Shown: positions 34,406 to 45,113 of the stretch, one piece after another
How positions within the stretch are numbered: position 1 is the stretch's first letter
Layout: each line of letters begins with the position of its first letter
DNA from: Candidatus Saccharimonadales bacterium
Lineage (GTDB): Bacteria; Chloroflexota; Dormibacteria; Aeolococcales; Aeolococcaceae
DNA: 64,000 bases
Assembly (NCBI GenBank): GCA_035534875.1
Contig: DATLRB010000012.1
Coordinates: 936-64,935 of the forward strand
Reading direction: 5' to 3'
Translations under genes and position numbers: made by a program
The notes under the pieces: generated by a model
Database searches by the model: none
Seen by the model: only the letters and a program-made list of their open reading frames with translations
Told to the model about the DNA's origin: nothing

Positions 34406-35536
34406 GTGACCACGCTGGACTCGGTGATCGGCCACGGCCCCGTTCTCCAGCGCCTGGTCGCGAGCGGGGTCGATGAGGAGCTCACCCACGCGCTGTTGTT
34501 GATCGGCCCCGAGGGCGTCGGCAAGACCACCGCGGCGCTCGCACTCGCCTCCGAGCTGCTCGACGCGTCACAGTGGCCGGGCGGCCTCGAAGCCCATCCC
34601 GACTTCTGGCTCGAGGATTCGGCCGCCGAGAACGTGGGCATCGATCGGATGCGACCCTCGCCGAAGCGCAGGCCTGGAGACGAGGACGCCGGACCGTCGC
34701 TGCAGCAGTTCCTGTCGCTCTCCGCCTATGCGGGCGGGCGCCGCGTCGCCATCATCGCGCGCGCCGATCGTCTCACCGAGCAGGCGGCGGACAACGTTTT
34801 GAAGACGCTCGAGGAGCCGCCGCCGCGCGCCCACCTCCTGCTCACGTCCGCGCATCCGGAGCAACTGCCCCAGACCGTCCGGTCCCGCTGCGAGACGGTC
34901 GTGCTCGGCCCGGTGTCTCCTGCCGCGATAGAGACGTGGCTCGAGCGCGTCCACGGGGTGGGCGAGCGCGACTCATCCACGGCCGCGGCGCTGGCGGCGG
35001 GCCGGCCCGGGCGGGCGTTGCGGCTTGCCACCGAGCCGGGTGCGCTCGAGGGAGAGCTCAATGCACTCGATCGATTCATCGGCGCAGGGGGAGGGGGCAC
35101 CGAGGGCGCCCTTCGAGCCGCGGCCATGGTCACCGTCGCTGCGGCGGCAGGCACCGAGCGCAGTGCCGAGGTCCGTGAGCAAGCGCTGATAACGCTGGGG
35201 GCCTGGGCGTCGTTCGTGCGCGACGCCGCCTGCTTCGCCTCGGGCGCTCCGGAATTGGCTGTATGGGTGGCCTACCGTCCGGCGCTCGAGGCGTGGGCGC
35301 AGGATCTGGATCTCACCCGAATCGTCGAGATTCTGGCGCGGATCCTCGAGACCACCGAGTCGGTCGCAATGTACGCACAGCCCCGCCTCGCATTTGAGGC
35401 GCTGATGCTCGACATCTTCGCCGGACCGGACAGTCCGCCTCCGGTTGAAATCGCTCCGCGCGGAGCGCTCGAGGTCAGCGCCGGCGGCGGAGCACCAGGA
35501 AAGTCACGCCGATCCCCACCAGCACGGCGGGGATGA
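34406..35536 (+). CDS. holB: DNA polymerase III delta-prime subunit
   Basis: VIGHGPVLQRL...HALLLIGPEGVGKTTAALALASELL, RVAIIARADRLTEQAADNVLKTLEEPP and QTVRSRC. GTG 34406 was chosen so that the gene is clear of the divergent neighbour. Confidence 0.8.
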   Translation: MTTLDSVIGHGPVLQRLVASGVDEELTHALLLIGPEGVGKTTAALALASELLDASQWPGGLEAHPDFWLEDSAAENVGIDRMRPSPKRRPGDEDAGPSLQQFLSLSAYAGGRRVAIIARADRLTEQAADNVLKTLEEPPPRAHLLLTSAHPEQLPQTVRSRCETVVLGPVSPAAIETWLERVHGVGERDSSTAAALAAGRPGRALRLATEPGALEGELNALDRFIGAGGGGTEGALRAAAMVTVAAAAGTERSAEVREQALITLGAWASFVRDAACFASGAPELAVWVAYRPALEAWAQDLDLTRIVEILARILETTESVAMYAQPRLAFEALMLDIFAGPDSPPPVEIAPRGALEVSAGGGAPGKSRRSPPARRG

Positions 35537-35846
35537 CCCAGGGGTTCCTGGCTGCGATCGAGGAGAGACGCTGGCCGACGCCGGTCGCCGCATCATCGAT
35601 CTCGAAGGGGTCGTCGGTCATCAGGCGGACGGTGCCGGCGAAGCGGCGCGGGCTCTCCAGCTCATCCTCGACGGTGTCGTCATGGCCGGCCGGCTCTGGA
35701 GTGGGCATTGGCGCATTATGGGCCGGATCGAGAGGGCCAACGGAGAGCGCCCTGCCGGTGGTAGCCGGATGCGGGGAGCCCGAAGCGGCTCTCTGCCTCA
35801 TCAGGGCGAACCCGACGGCACAGCGCCGCACGTATTCTGGTGCCAT
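35475..35846 (-). CDS. Small tail-anchored membrane protein
   Basis: C-terminal TM WVIPAVLVGIGVTFLVL followed by RRRR. This frame has strong G/C third-position bias across the 62-nt convergent overlap with holB. The start is uncertain: ATG 35846, 35801 or 35708. Confidence 0.5.
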   Translation of the reverse strand: MAPEYVRRCAVGFALMRQRAASGSPHPATTGRALSVGPLDPAHNAPMPTPEPAGHDDTVEDELESPRRFAGTVRLMTDDPFEIDDAATGVGQRLSSIAARNPWVIPAVLVGIGVTFLVLRRRR

Positions 35847-35887
35847 GGCACGAACCGCACAAGGCTCGCGAGGGCCGGCGTAGCGTC

Positions 35888-36136
35888 ATGCCGGACGTCC
35901 CGGTGGTGGATCTCAGCGGCTCGGAGGAATTGTGCACGGAGCCGGGAGCGCTGGAGCGAGTGCGCAAGGCTTACGCGCGGCTCGAGCCCGGCGGGCGGCT
36001 CGAGGTGCGTTCTCCGATCGCCGAGCATGCATTTGCGGTGCGCGCGTGGAGCCGGAAGAACGGCGTGCGCGTGATCGTCGATGAACCGTCAGAGGGTTAC
36101 CGCCGCCTCATCCTCGAGGCTCCCGCGGCGAGGTGA
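35888..36136 (+). CDS. TusA/SirA-like small sulfur-carrier-fold protein
   Basis: VVDLSGSEELCTEPGALERVRKAYARLEPGGRLEVRSPIAEHAFAVRAWSRKNGVRVI fits the TusA pattern LD.rG..CP.P....al..l..G..l.v.......di..w. Confidence 0.55.
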   Translation: MPDVPVVDLSGSEELCTEPGALERVRKAYARLEPGGRLEVRSPIAEHAFAVRAWSRKNGVRVIVDEPSEGYRRLILEAPAAR

Positions 36137-37443
36137 CGTCGAGGCGTCTTTCGGAGGGGTTTCTCCTGGGATGCGCCACGGCGGCGCACCAGGTCGAGGG
36201 CGGCATCGACAACGACTGGTCGAGGTGGGTGGCCGATCACCCGGAGGCCATCAGAGGGGGCGGTGACGCGGTGATCGCGATCGATCACTACCGCCGCTAC
36301 TCCCAGGACCTCGAGCAGCTCGGATCGATGCATCACAACGCGCACCGCTTCTCGATCGAGTGGGCTCGGGTCGAGCCGGCACCCGGGAGCTTCGACCAGG
36401 ACGCGCTTGCGCACTACGTTGACGTCGTACGCACCTGCCGTCGAAATGGCATGGAGCCGGTGGTCACGTTGCAGCACTTCACGCTCCCGGTCTGGCTCGC
36501 CGAGTCAGGCGGCTTTGCGGCCCCCGAAGCGGCGGTCCGCTTTGCACGGTACGCGGCGACGTGCGTGGAAGCCCTGGGGGACATGGTCACGTGGTGGGTG
36601 ACGATCAACGAGCCCATGGTGGTCGCGGTCCTCGGGTATCTCGAAGGGCTGTGGCCTCCAGGCGAGCGTTCGCTGCGCCGAACCCTGGCTGCGTTACGCG
36701 GTCTCCTGCGCATGCATGCCGCCGCTGCACGGGCGATCACGACTGTCTCGAGTCATCACGGACGGCGCGCGCAAGTCTCAATCGCGCACCACGAGCGTCG
36801 CCTGATGCCGCGCGACACGTCGTCGCCCCTCGATCGGGCGGTCGCGAAACTGCCCGACTTCCTGTTCAATCGATGGTTCCTGCGGTGCTGTGTCGCGGGC
36901 CGCGTGCTCCGTCCTGTCGGGGGTGGCGAGGTGGTGCCGGGGCTCGCGGGTTCACTCACGTATCTCGGCCTGAACCACTACACCAGCGAGGTGGTCTCGG
37001 TCGACCTGCGCGCTCCGGGCACGCTGTTCGCGAAGCACGAGGCGGTCCCCGGTCGTCCGCTTTCGGACGCGGGCTGGGCCATCGATCCGATTGCCCTGCG
37101 GCTGGCGCTGACCGATCTCTGGCAGGAATTCGGGCTTCCGATCCTCATCACCGAGAACGGGGTTGCCGACGACCATGACGAGTTGCGCCCCGAATTCTTG
37201 CGCGACCATCTCAATGCTGTCATCGAAGCCATCGACGCGGGCGTCGACATTCGTGGCTATCTGTATTGGACGGCCTGGGACAACTTTGAGTGGGCCGAGG
37301 GATATACGCAGCGCTTCGGGCTCTTCAGCGTCGACCGCGAGACGCAGGAACGCGTCGCCAAGCCGAGCGCGGCGATGTTCGCCGAGATATGCCGAACACA
37401 GGTTGTTCCCGACGAAAGGGTGGCTTCGCGACCGGGAGCGTGA
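36133..37443 (+). CDS. Glycoside hydrolase family 1 beta-glucosidase
   Basis: FLLGCATAAHQVEGG, NAHRFSIEWARVEP, TLQHFTLPVWL, TINEP and ILITENG (nucleophile Glu). The GTG start overlaps the TusA-like stop (GTGA). Confidence 0.9.
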   Translation: MTSRRLSEGFLLGCATAAHQVEGGIDNDWSRWVADHPEAIRGGGDAVIAIDHYRRYSQDLEQLGSMHHNAHRFSIEWARVEPAPGSFDQDALAHYVDVVRTCRRNGMEPVVTLQHFTLPVWLAESGGFAAPEAAVRFARYAATCVEALGDMVTWWVTINEPMVVAVLGYLEGLWPPGERSLRRTLAALRGLLRMHAAAARAITTVSSHHGRRAQVSIAHHERRLMPRDTSSPLDRAVAKLPDFLFNRWFLRCCVAGRVLRPVGGGEVVPGLAGSLTYLGLNHYTSEVVSVDLRAPGTLFAKHEAVPGRPLSDAGWAIDPIALRLALTDLWQEFGLPILITENGVADDHDELRPEFLRDHLNAVIEAIDAGVDIRGYLYWTAWDNFEWAEGYTQRFGLFSVDRETQERVAKPSAAMFAEICRTQVVPDERVASRPGA

Positions 37444-37584
37444 CCCGCGTCCGGGCGGCATCAGGGCGATGATCCCGACGACATCGACGCGACGCCTCCG
37501 GCCGGCCGGCCCGCTCGCACGAATCAGATTCGGCCGCCGAACGGAGGCACGCTCACGCGCGCCTCCGCAGGCACAGCGGCAACG

Positions 37585-37749
37585 TCAGATGCAGTCGTTG
37601 CGAGCCGACCAGGGATTGACCATCGCAGACACGCGTTGCAGCACGGTGCGCTTCGAGCAGTCGGACTCGTCATAGAAGCTGCGCTGGCGCTCGATGGCGC
37701 GAACCAACTCGGCGGTGCGAGTCAGCTCGATGGTGACGAAGCCACTCAT
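37585..37749 (-). CDS. Unlisted 54-aa ORF (below the ORF-track size cut-off)
   Basis: GAGGAG lies 8 nt before ATG 37747-37749. Sequence MSGFVTIELTRTAELVRAIERQRSFYDESDCSKRTVLQRVSAMVNPWSARNDCI, mostly G/C-ending codons. It lies 24 nt downstream of the wHTH regulator stop. A hairpin cggaggc-N12-gcctccg follows the stop. Confidence 0.4.
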   Translation of the reverse strand: MSGFVTIELTRTAELVRAIERQRSFYDESDCSKRTVLQRVSAMVNPWSARNDCI

Positions 37750-37773
37750 ATCTTCAACTCCTCTGATATTGGT

Positions 37774-38403
37774 TCAGTGGGTACGATGGGGCGGGCGCGG
37801 ATACGCGAAGAACAGCACCTCGATCGGAGCGACGCCACGCGGACGCGTCTTCGGGTTGCCGAGGCGTTCGACAAATGGCTTGACCAGGGCGACGATCTGC
37901 TCGTCCAACGCCTGCAACTCGTCGACGGTAACGTAGAGCAGGAACTCACGTGCGCCAGTCGCCTTCTGCCACTCCGTCGGGGTGTCGCGGCGCAGCGCGA
38001 GGCCCTCCTTCAATCGATCCAGGTAGAACTCGTGCAGCACACGGGTCAGCGCGGTCGCCGCGAGGCGGGTCTCAGGGTCGTCGCTGACGTCCGAGAAAGC
38101 CAGCCCGGTGTGCACCAGGCGCCACGGACGCTTGCGTCCCGGAACGCCCGCGACCTCTTCGATGAAGCCGTACTTGGCCAGCTGGCGAAGGTGGAATGAG
38201 CAGGTCGTCGGGCTCTCGCCGATGTGTTCGCCCGCCTGGGTGGCGGTCAGCGGCCCCTCGGTACCGAGGACCTCGAGCAGCGCGATCCGCACCGGGTGTG
38301 CTACCGCCCGCATCGCCTTGGGATCGGTGAGCTTACGCGGTTCGAGTTTGGGCAGCGTCGACGGCTCCGCCTTCGGTATTGAGAGATTCGTATCGAGATC
38401 CAT
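37774..38403 (-). CDS. ArsR-like winged-helix transcriptional regulator with a C-terminal extension
   Basis: DPKAMRAVAHPVRIALLEVLGTEGPLTATQAGEHIGESPTTCSFHLRQLAKYGFIEEV. ATG 38403 was chosen; the longest ORF starts at TTG 38439. Confidence 0.75.
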   Translation of the reverse strand: MDLDTNLSIPKAEPSTLPKLEPRKLTDPKAMRAVAHPVRIALLEVLGTEGPLTATQAGEHIGESPTTCSFHLRQLAKYGFIEEVAGVPGRKRPWRLVHTGLAFSDVSDDPETRLAATALTRVLHEFYLDRLKEGLALRRDTPTEWQKATGAREFLLYVTVDELQALDEQIVALVKPFVERLGNPKTRPRGVAPIEVLFFAYPRPPHRTH

Positions 38404-38413
38404 AGATCGAAGT

Positions 38414-38435
38414 ATATCTCTCGAAAGATATCTCT
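38414..38435. promoter_or_regulatory. AT-rich direct repeat ATATCTCT-N6-ATATCTCT containing the palindrome AGATATCT; candidate operator
   Basis: atatctct occurs at 38414-38421 and 38428-38435 in an otherwise GC-rich region. The site lies 11 nt upstream of the regulator ATG, between it and the thiC leader. Confidence 0.3.
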
Positions 38436-38475
38436 GCAACCGTGCATCGCCACTTTGTCACACTGCGCGTACCAT

Positions 38476-40342
<1,867 letters not shown>

Positions 40343-40410
40343 GGTTTCCGTGTAACCGGTCCCCGGAGCTCTGGTTAGAGTGGTATGAGCGTGGACGCGA
40401 GGCCGTACCG

Positions 40411-41202
40411 ATGATCCGTCTGCGACGGCCGGCAGTCGCAGCGGTAGGACTGCTGACCCTCGCTGCCGCCGTCGCGCTGCCGTTGTGGACCCTCGCAGAC
40501 GGCACAACGTCGCATGCGACCGGGAAGGTTCCCAGTGGTTCGACGGTCACGTCGGTCCCAACAGCCACGGCGACGGCGCAGGCTACCGATGCCGGCGCTG
40601 TGTCTCTGCCGGGGCCGATCATCAAGCAGGACCTCGCGCTCGACTGCGAATCGGCCGCGCTCCAGGTTGCCCTGGCCGTGCGCAACATCGAGGTGCCGCA
40701 GGACCGGATCTACGCGAGCATGCCCCAGGATCCGCGGCCGGTCCAACTCGGGTCCGACGGGTATCCCGTCCGCTGGGGCGATCCATACACGGCGTTTGTG
40801 GGTGACGTGAACGGCTACGAGCCTGACTTCACCGGATACGGCGTCTACTACCCACCGATCGTCGCTGCAGCCGAGCGCTACGGGGCCGTGGCCGAAGGCC
40901 GTACCGGCTGGACCATCGCGGAGATCGTCGCGCAGCTGCACCAGGGAAATGCTGTTGTGATCTGGCTGACCTCTGATTTCAAGGCGCACATTCCGCGCTA
41001 CTGGACCGCCTGGGACGGAACGCGGGTCCCCTGGGCGATCGGCGAGCACGCCGTGCCGGTGATCGGGTTCGACCCGGAGCGGAGCACGATCACGTTCGTG
41101 GACGTGCTCGTCGGGGTGCAGCGGACCATGACCACGCAAGCGTTCGCGGCGGCCATGACCACGTTCGGAGGCATGGGGGTGGCCGTCTCTTCAGGGAGTT
41201 AG
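40411..41202 (+). CDS. Secreted peptidase C39-like (papain-fold) protein
   Basis: Signal peptide MIRLRRPAVAAVGLLTLAAAVALPLWTLA. Candidate catalytic Cys in QDLALDCESAAL and His in GEHAVPVIGFD. Confidence 0.6.
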   Translation: MIRLRRPAVAAVGLLTLAAAVALPLWTLADGTTSHATGKVPSGSTVTSVPTATATAQATDAGAVSLPGPIIKQDLALDCESAALQVALAVRNIEVPQDRIYASMPQDPRPVQLGSDGYPVRWGDPYTAFVGDVNGYEPDFTGYGVYYPPIVAAAERYGAVAEGRTGWTIAEIVAQLHQGNAVVIWLTSDFKAHIPRYWTAWDGTRVPWAIGEHAVPVIGFDPERSTITFVDVLVGVQRTMTTQAFAAAMTTFGGMGVAVSSGS

Positions 41203-41328
41203 GTCAGGGTGCTGTGCGCAGTGCACGACGATCTTCGCCATTCCCAGCGCCGGAGCAAACCCGAAGGTGCGTTAGAATCCGCTGATCCAGTCGCGCTTGT
41301 GCGTTCCGCCCTATATGGAGGCCACCAA

Positions 41329-42669
41329 TTGCCATCGTCCACCCGAAGGGAAGCGCCCCCTGACCTTCTGGCCAGGGTGGAGGAAGCGCAGGTGCGCCAT
41401 ATCGATCTCCAGTTCACCGATGTCGTCGGCAGCGTGAAGACGGTGACGATCCCCGCCTCGCAGCTCGGCGAGGCGATCGAGCACGGGACCTGGTTCGACG
41501 GTTCCTCGGTGGATTCGTTCGCCCGGACGGCCGAGTCCGACATGTACCTGGTGCCCGACCCCTCGACCTTTCAGCTGCTGCCCTGGGGCGACGAGCGCAC
41601 CGCGCGGCTCATCTGCTGGGCGACCACCCCCGACGGCGAGCCGTACCAGGGGGACCCGCGGGGCGTGCTGCGTCGAGCGCTCGAGGATGCCGAACGACTC
41701 GGCTTCGAGTACCGCGTCGGACCGGAGGTCGAGTTCTTCCTGCTCGAGCGAGGCGTCGACGGATCGCTCGTGCCCACCCGCAACGACCGCAGCTCGTACT
41801 TCGACTTCTCGAGCGATGGCAACCGGGATCTGCGCCAGCGCATGGTCAGCGCGTTGATGAGCATGGGGATCGCTGTCAACACGTCGCACCATGAGATTGC
41901 GGGAGGCCAGCACGAGATCGACATCGACGCCGCACCGGCGCTCAAGGCGGCTGACGACCTGATCACGTTCCGCTACGCGCTCAAGGCCGTTGCGGGGCAG
42001 TCCGGAGTGATCGCGACCTTCATGCCCAAACCGTTCGACGGCAAGCCCGGCAGCGGGATGCACGTCCATCAGAGCCTCGAGCGCCTGCGCGATTCGACAA
42101 ACGCCTTCGCGGGGGACGACGCCTACGGCCTCAGCGAGGTTGCTCAGCACTTCATCGCGGGGCAGCTCCACCACGCGGCGGGAATCAGCGCCGTGCTCGC
42201 CCCGCTGGTGAACTCCTACAAGCGCCTGGTGCGCGGCTTCGAGGCTCCGATCTTCATCTCATGGGCGCGAACCAACCGCGGGGCGCTCATTCGCGTCCCG
42301 CATGTCGGACGCGCGGAGGCGACACGGGTGGAGCTTCGCAGCCCCGATCCCTCGTGCAATCCCTACCTCGCCTTCGCCGTCATGCTCCGCTGCGGGATCG
42401 ACGGTATCGAGCGCCGGCTGCCGCTCCCCGCGCCGGTCGAGGAATCGCTGTACGGATTCGATGAGATCGAGCTCGAACGACGCAACGTCGGCGTGCTCCC
42501 CGACAACCTGAAGGACGCCATCGACGCGCTCGAAGCCGACGAAATCGTGATCGACGCGCTCGGGGACCACCTCGCCGAGCGGTTCATCGCCGCAAAGCGC
42601 CTGGAATGGCAGGCGTACCGCGGGCAGGTCACGCCCTGGGAGCTCGACCAGTACCTCGAGCGCTGCTGA
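41329..42669 (+). CDS. Glutamine synthetase family protein (GlnA paralogue; possibly a gamma-glutamyl-amine ligase)
   Basis: VRHIDLQFTDVVGSVKTVTI, EVEFFL, HHEIAGGQHEID, GSGMHVHQSL, NSYKRL and RSPDPSCNPYL. TTG 41329 follows GGAGG; the longest ORF starts at 41209. Confidence 0.8.
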   Translation: MPSSTRREAPPDLLARVEEAQVRHIDLQFTDVVGSVKTVTIPASQLGEAIEHGTWFDGSSVDSFARTAESDMYLVPDPSTFQLLPWGDERTARLICWATTPDGEPYQGDPRGVLRRALEDAERLGFEYRVGPEVEFFLLERGVDGSLVPTRNDRSSYFDFSSDGNRDLRQRMVSALMSMGIAVNTSHHEIAGGQHEIDIDAAPALKAADDLITFRYALKAVAGQSGVIATFMPKPFDGKPGSGMHVHQSLERLRDSTNAFAGDDAYGLSEVAQHFIAGQLHHAAGISAVLAPLVNSYKRLVRGFEAPIFISWARTNRGALIRVPHVGRAEATRVELRSPDPSCNPYLAFAVMLRCGIDGIERRLPLPAPVEESLYGFDEIELERRNVGVLPDNLKDAIDALEADEIVIDALGDHLAERFIAAKRLEWQAYRGQVTPWELDQYLERC

Positions 42670-42683
42670 CCGATGCTCGCGAC

Positions 42684-44351
42684 ATGAGCTCGCCGACGCT
42701 CACCGTCAAGGACGTCTGGCGAGGGATCCTGCCGCCCGGCACCGACCTGCTCGGCGGCGGCGGCGGCCTCGAGCGCAGGGTTGAATGGGCCTGCGCGCTC
42801 CGCACGCGTCCGCCGGCGTTCGAGGCGGTCAAGGGTGGCGAGATCGCGTTCGTGCCGGTCAAGAGCATTCGCCTCCTCGACGAGCGCCTTGATCTGCCCC
42901 AGGTCATGATCAGCTTTGCCGAGAAGGGTGGGGTCGCCGTCGCGGTCGTCGGCGATGTGTCCGTCGAGAGCATCGCCGCGGCCGACCGTCTGATGATGCC
43001 GCTGCTCCGTTTGCCTGACGGGATCCACGCGACCGACGCGCATCACACCTGTGTCCGTTTCATCCTCGACCAGCGCGCCCTCCTCCACGAACGAGCCCAG
43101 GAGCTGCAGCTGTCGCTCATGGATCTTGCGCTCGGGGGAGCGGGTCCGGACAAGATCATCGAACGTCTCGCGGAGGTCACCCTGCTCCCGGCTGCGTGGC
43201 TGGATGAGGGCGGCGAGGTGCGCCACCTCACCGTCACCGACGAGACGTTGCTCGCCGACGTCGAGGCTGGGGCCGACGCGCTCCGGCGCTGGGGCGGAAC
43301 GATCGCGGCGGTCGGGGCAGACCCACCGGTGCGCGAATTCACCATCGGGCGCAACGGACTCGCGTCGCTGGTGAGCCCGGTCCCGATGCGGAACGGGGTC
43401 GGCGGTTTCGTCTGCGTGATCGGCGAGGAGCATCGGCTCGACCAGATCGCGCGCCTCGCGGTTGCCCGAGCAGCGTCAGCGTGCGCCATCGAGTTCGACC
43501 GCGAACGCGCGGTCACTGAGACGCGCGACAAGCTCGAGGGCGAGTTCATCGCCTCCCTCCTCACGGGATCGTACTCGTCAGAGCGGGTCGCGCTCGAGCG
43601 AGCACGCCGGCTCGGCGCCGACCTCTCGCAGCAGGTCGCCGTGATTGCGCTCCGGGGAGCCGCCGCCGCTCCTTCCTGGGAGGCGCGAGCACTCCGCGCC
43701 GCCCAGAACGTGGTCGCCCGGCGCGAGGTTCGCGCGCTCGTCGCCGCTCACGAGGACGCGGTCTGTGTGGTGGTGATGCCCGAGCCCGTAGGAGCCGTCG
43801 ACGCCATGTACCGCTTCGCGGAGCTGGTGCGCAGCGAGTGCGCCCGCGCGACCGGGGACGCGACGACCTCGCTCGGGCTCGGTCGCACCCACGAGGGCGC
43901 CTCTGGCGTGCGCCAGTCCTTCCGTGAGGCAGAGCACGCGCTGGAGATGAGCCGTCGGCTGCTCGGCCCGGGGCGGCAGGCGAGCTTCGCCGACCTTGGC
44001 CTCCATCGCCTCCTGTTCGCGATGGCGCAGCATCCCGAGCTCAGCGATTACTACCGGGGGACCGTCGGCGACCTGGTCGCGTACGACGAGCGATCGAGCG
44101 CCGAGCTGATGGCGACCCTCGACGCGTACTTCGAAGCCAACGGGTCACCGACCGAGACCGCACAGCGCCTGAAGTTGCACCGGAACACCGTGCTATACCG
44201 CCTGCGTCGTATCGAAGAGGTGGGCCGTCTTCGCCTCGACGATCCGGCGACCCGTCTCAACCTGCACCTCTGCCTCCGCATTCGCGATGTGCTCCAGGCA
44301 GGCGCCGTACGGGGCGCTCAGTCAGAGCCGGAGGGAGTCCCGGGTAGCTGA
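42684..44351 (+). CDS. PucR/CdaR-family transcriptional regulator
   Basis: C-terminal HTH LDAYFEANGSPTETAQRLKLHRNTVLYRLRRIEEV. ATG 42684 lies 15 nt after the GS-like stop. Confidence 0.8.
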   Translation: MSSPTLTVKDVWRGILPPGTDLLGGGGGLERRVEWACALRTRPPAFEAVKGGEIAFVPVKSIRLLDERLDLPQVMISFAEKGGVAVAVVGDVSVESIAAADRLMMPLLRLPDGIHATDAHHTCVRFILDQRALLHERAQELQLSLMDLALGGAGPDKIIERLAEVTLLPAAWLDEGGEVRHLTVTDETLLADVEAGADALRRWGGTIAAVGADPPVREFTIGRNGLASLVSPVPMRNGVGGFVCVIGEEHRLDQIARLAVARAASACAIEFDRERAVTETRDKLEGEFIASLLTGSYSSERVALERARRLGADLSQQVAVIALRGAAAAPSWEARALRAAQNVVARREVRALVAAHEDAVCVVVMPEPVGAVDAMYRFAELVRSECARATGDATTSLGLGRTHEGASGVRQSFREAEHALEMSRRLLGPGRQASFADLGLHRLLFAMAQHPELSDYYRGTVGDLVAYDERSSAELMATLDAYFEANGSPTETAQRLKLHRNTVLYRLRRIEEVGRLRLDDPATRLNLHLCLRIRDVLQAGAVRGAQSEPEGVPGS

Positions 44352-44377
44352 GCGCCCTTGGTCGGCGGCGCGGACCC

Positions 44378-44990
44378 TCAGTGGAGCAACTCGAACGTGT
44401 TGGTCGCGTCGTCCACGAAGTACACACCGTTGCGGGTGGGTGTCACGACGAGCCCGAAGAGGGCGCCGCTCCCGGGCGGCGCCCTACTCGTGTCGAGCCA
44501 CTGGAACGCAACCTGCGCGCCGGCGGGGTCGTTTCGACGATGCGTCCATCGGCGGCATTGACGGTGAGGATGTCGCCATCGGGCGCCAGGGTCAGGCCGA
44601 GTGGCGAGTTGAGCCGGCCGTTGCTGGTCACGTCCATGCCCGTGAACGCAGTCCGCATCCTGGTCAGTGCGTCGGGGATGGCCGCGATCCGATTGTCGGC
44701 GGTGTCTGCGACGTAGAGCGTGCCTGATGCGCTCACGGGTTCTCCCGTCGGTCCGACAGCCAGCGCCGCGGGGTCGGTGCGCTCGGCGAACCCCGAGCCG
44801 ACGATCGTGCTCGAGACGACCCATGGCGCGGCGCTGCCCGCTGTATGGAGAACGATCCGGACGACCGTTCCGCGATTGACCACAGCACCGCCGCCGGCGA
44901 CGAGGCCGTGGCCGCGACCTGGCCGAGCGCCAGGCCGGCGGTCGGGGTCGCGACCATGACGAGGCGTTTCAGGGTGTGACGAGCCCGCAT
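44378..44990 (-). pseudogene. NHL/beta-propeller-repeat secreted protein gene split across three frames (two frameshifts)
   Basis: The signal-like MRARHTLKRLVMVATPTAGLALGQVAATA is in the frame of ORF 44733-44990. The body ...VVNRGTVVRIVLHTAG...GTLYVADTADNRIAAIPD...LNSPLGLTLAPDGDILTVNAADGRIVETTP is in the frame of ORF 44443-45105. The tail AGAQVAFQWLDTS...GLVVTPTRNGVYFVDDATNTFELLH is in the frame of ORF 44378-44824. The shifts fall near 44885-44920 and in the GC run near 44515-44530. Confidence 0.6.
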
Positions 44991-45113
44991 GGTCGATCCT
45001 CCTCTGACGCCGGATGGTCATCCCGGGACCGCCTTGGGCGGCGCCTCGTAACGAGTACGCGAGCCGGTTACGTCGAGCGGGACGAGTCCCCCTTGGTAGA
45101 CTCAATCCAGGCC

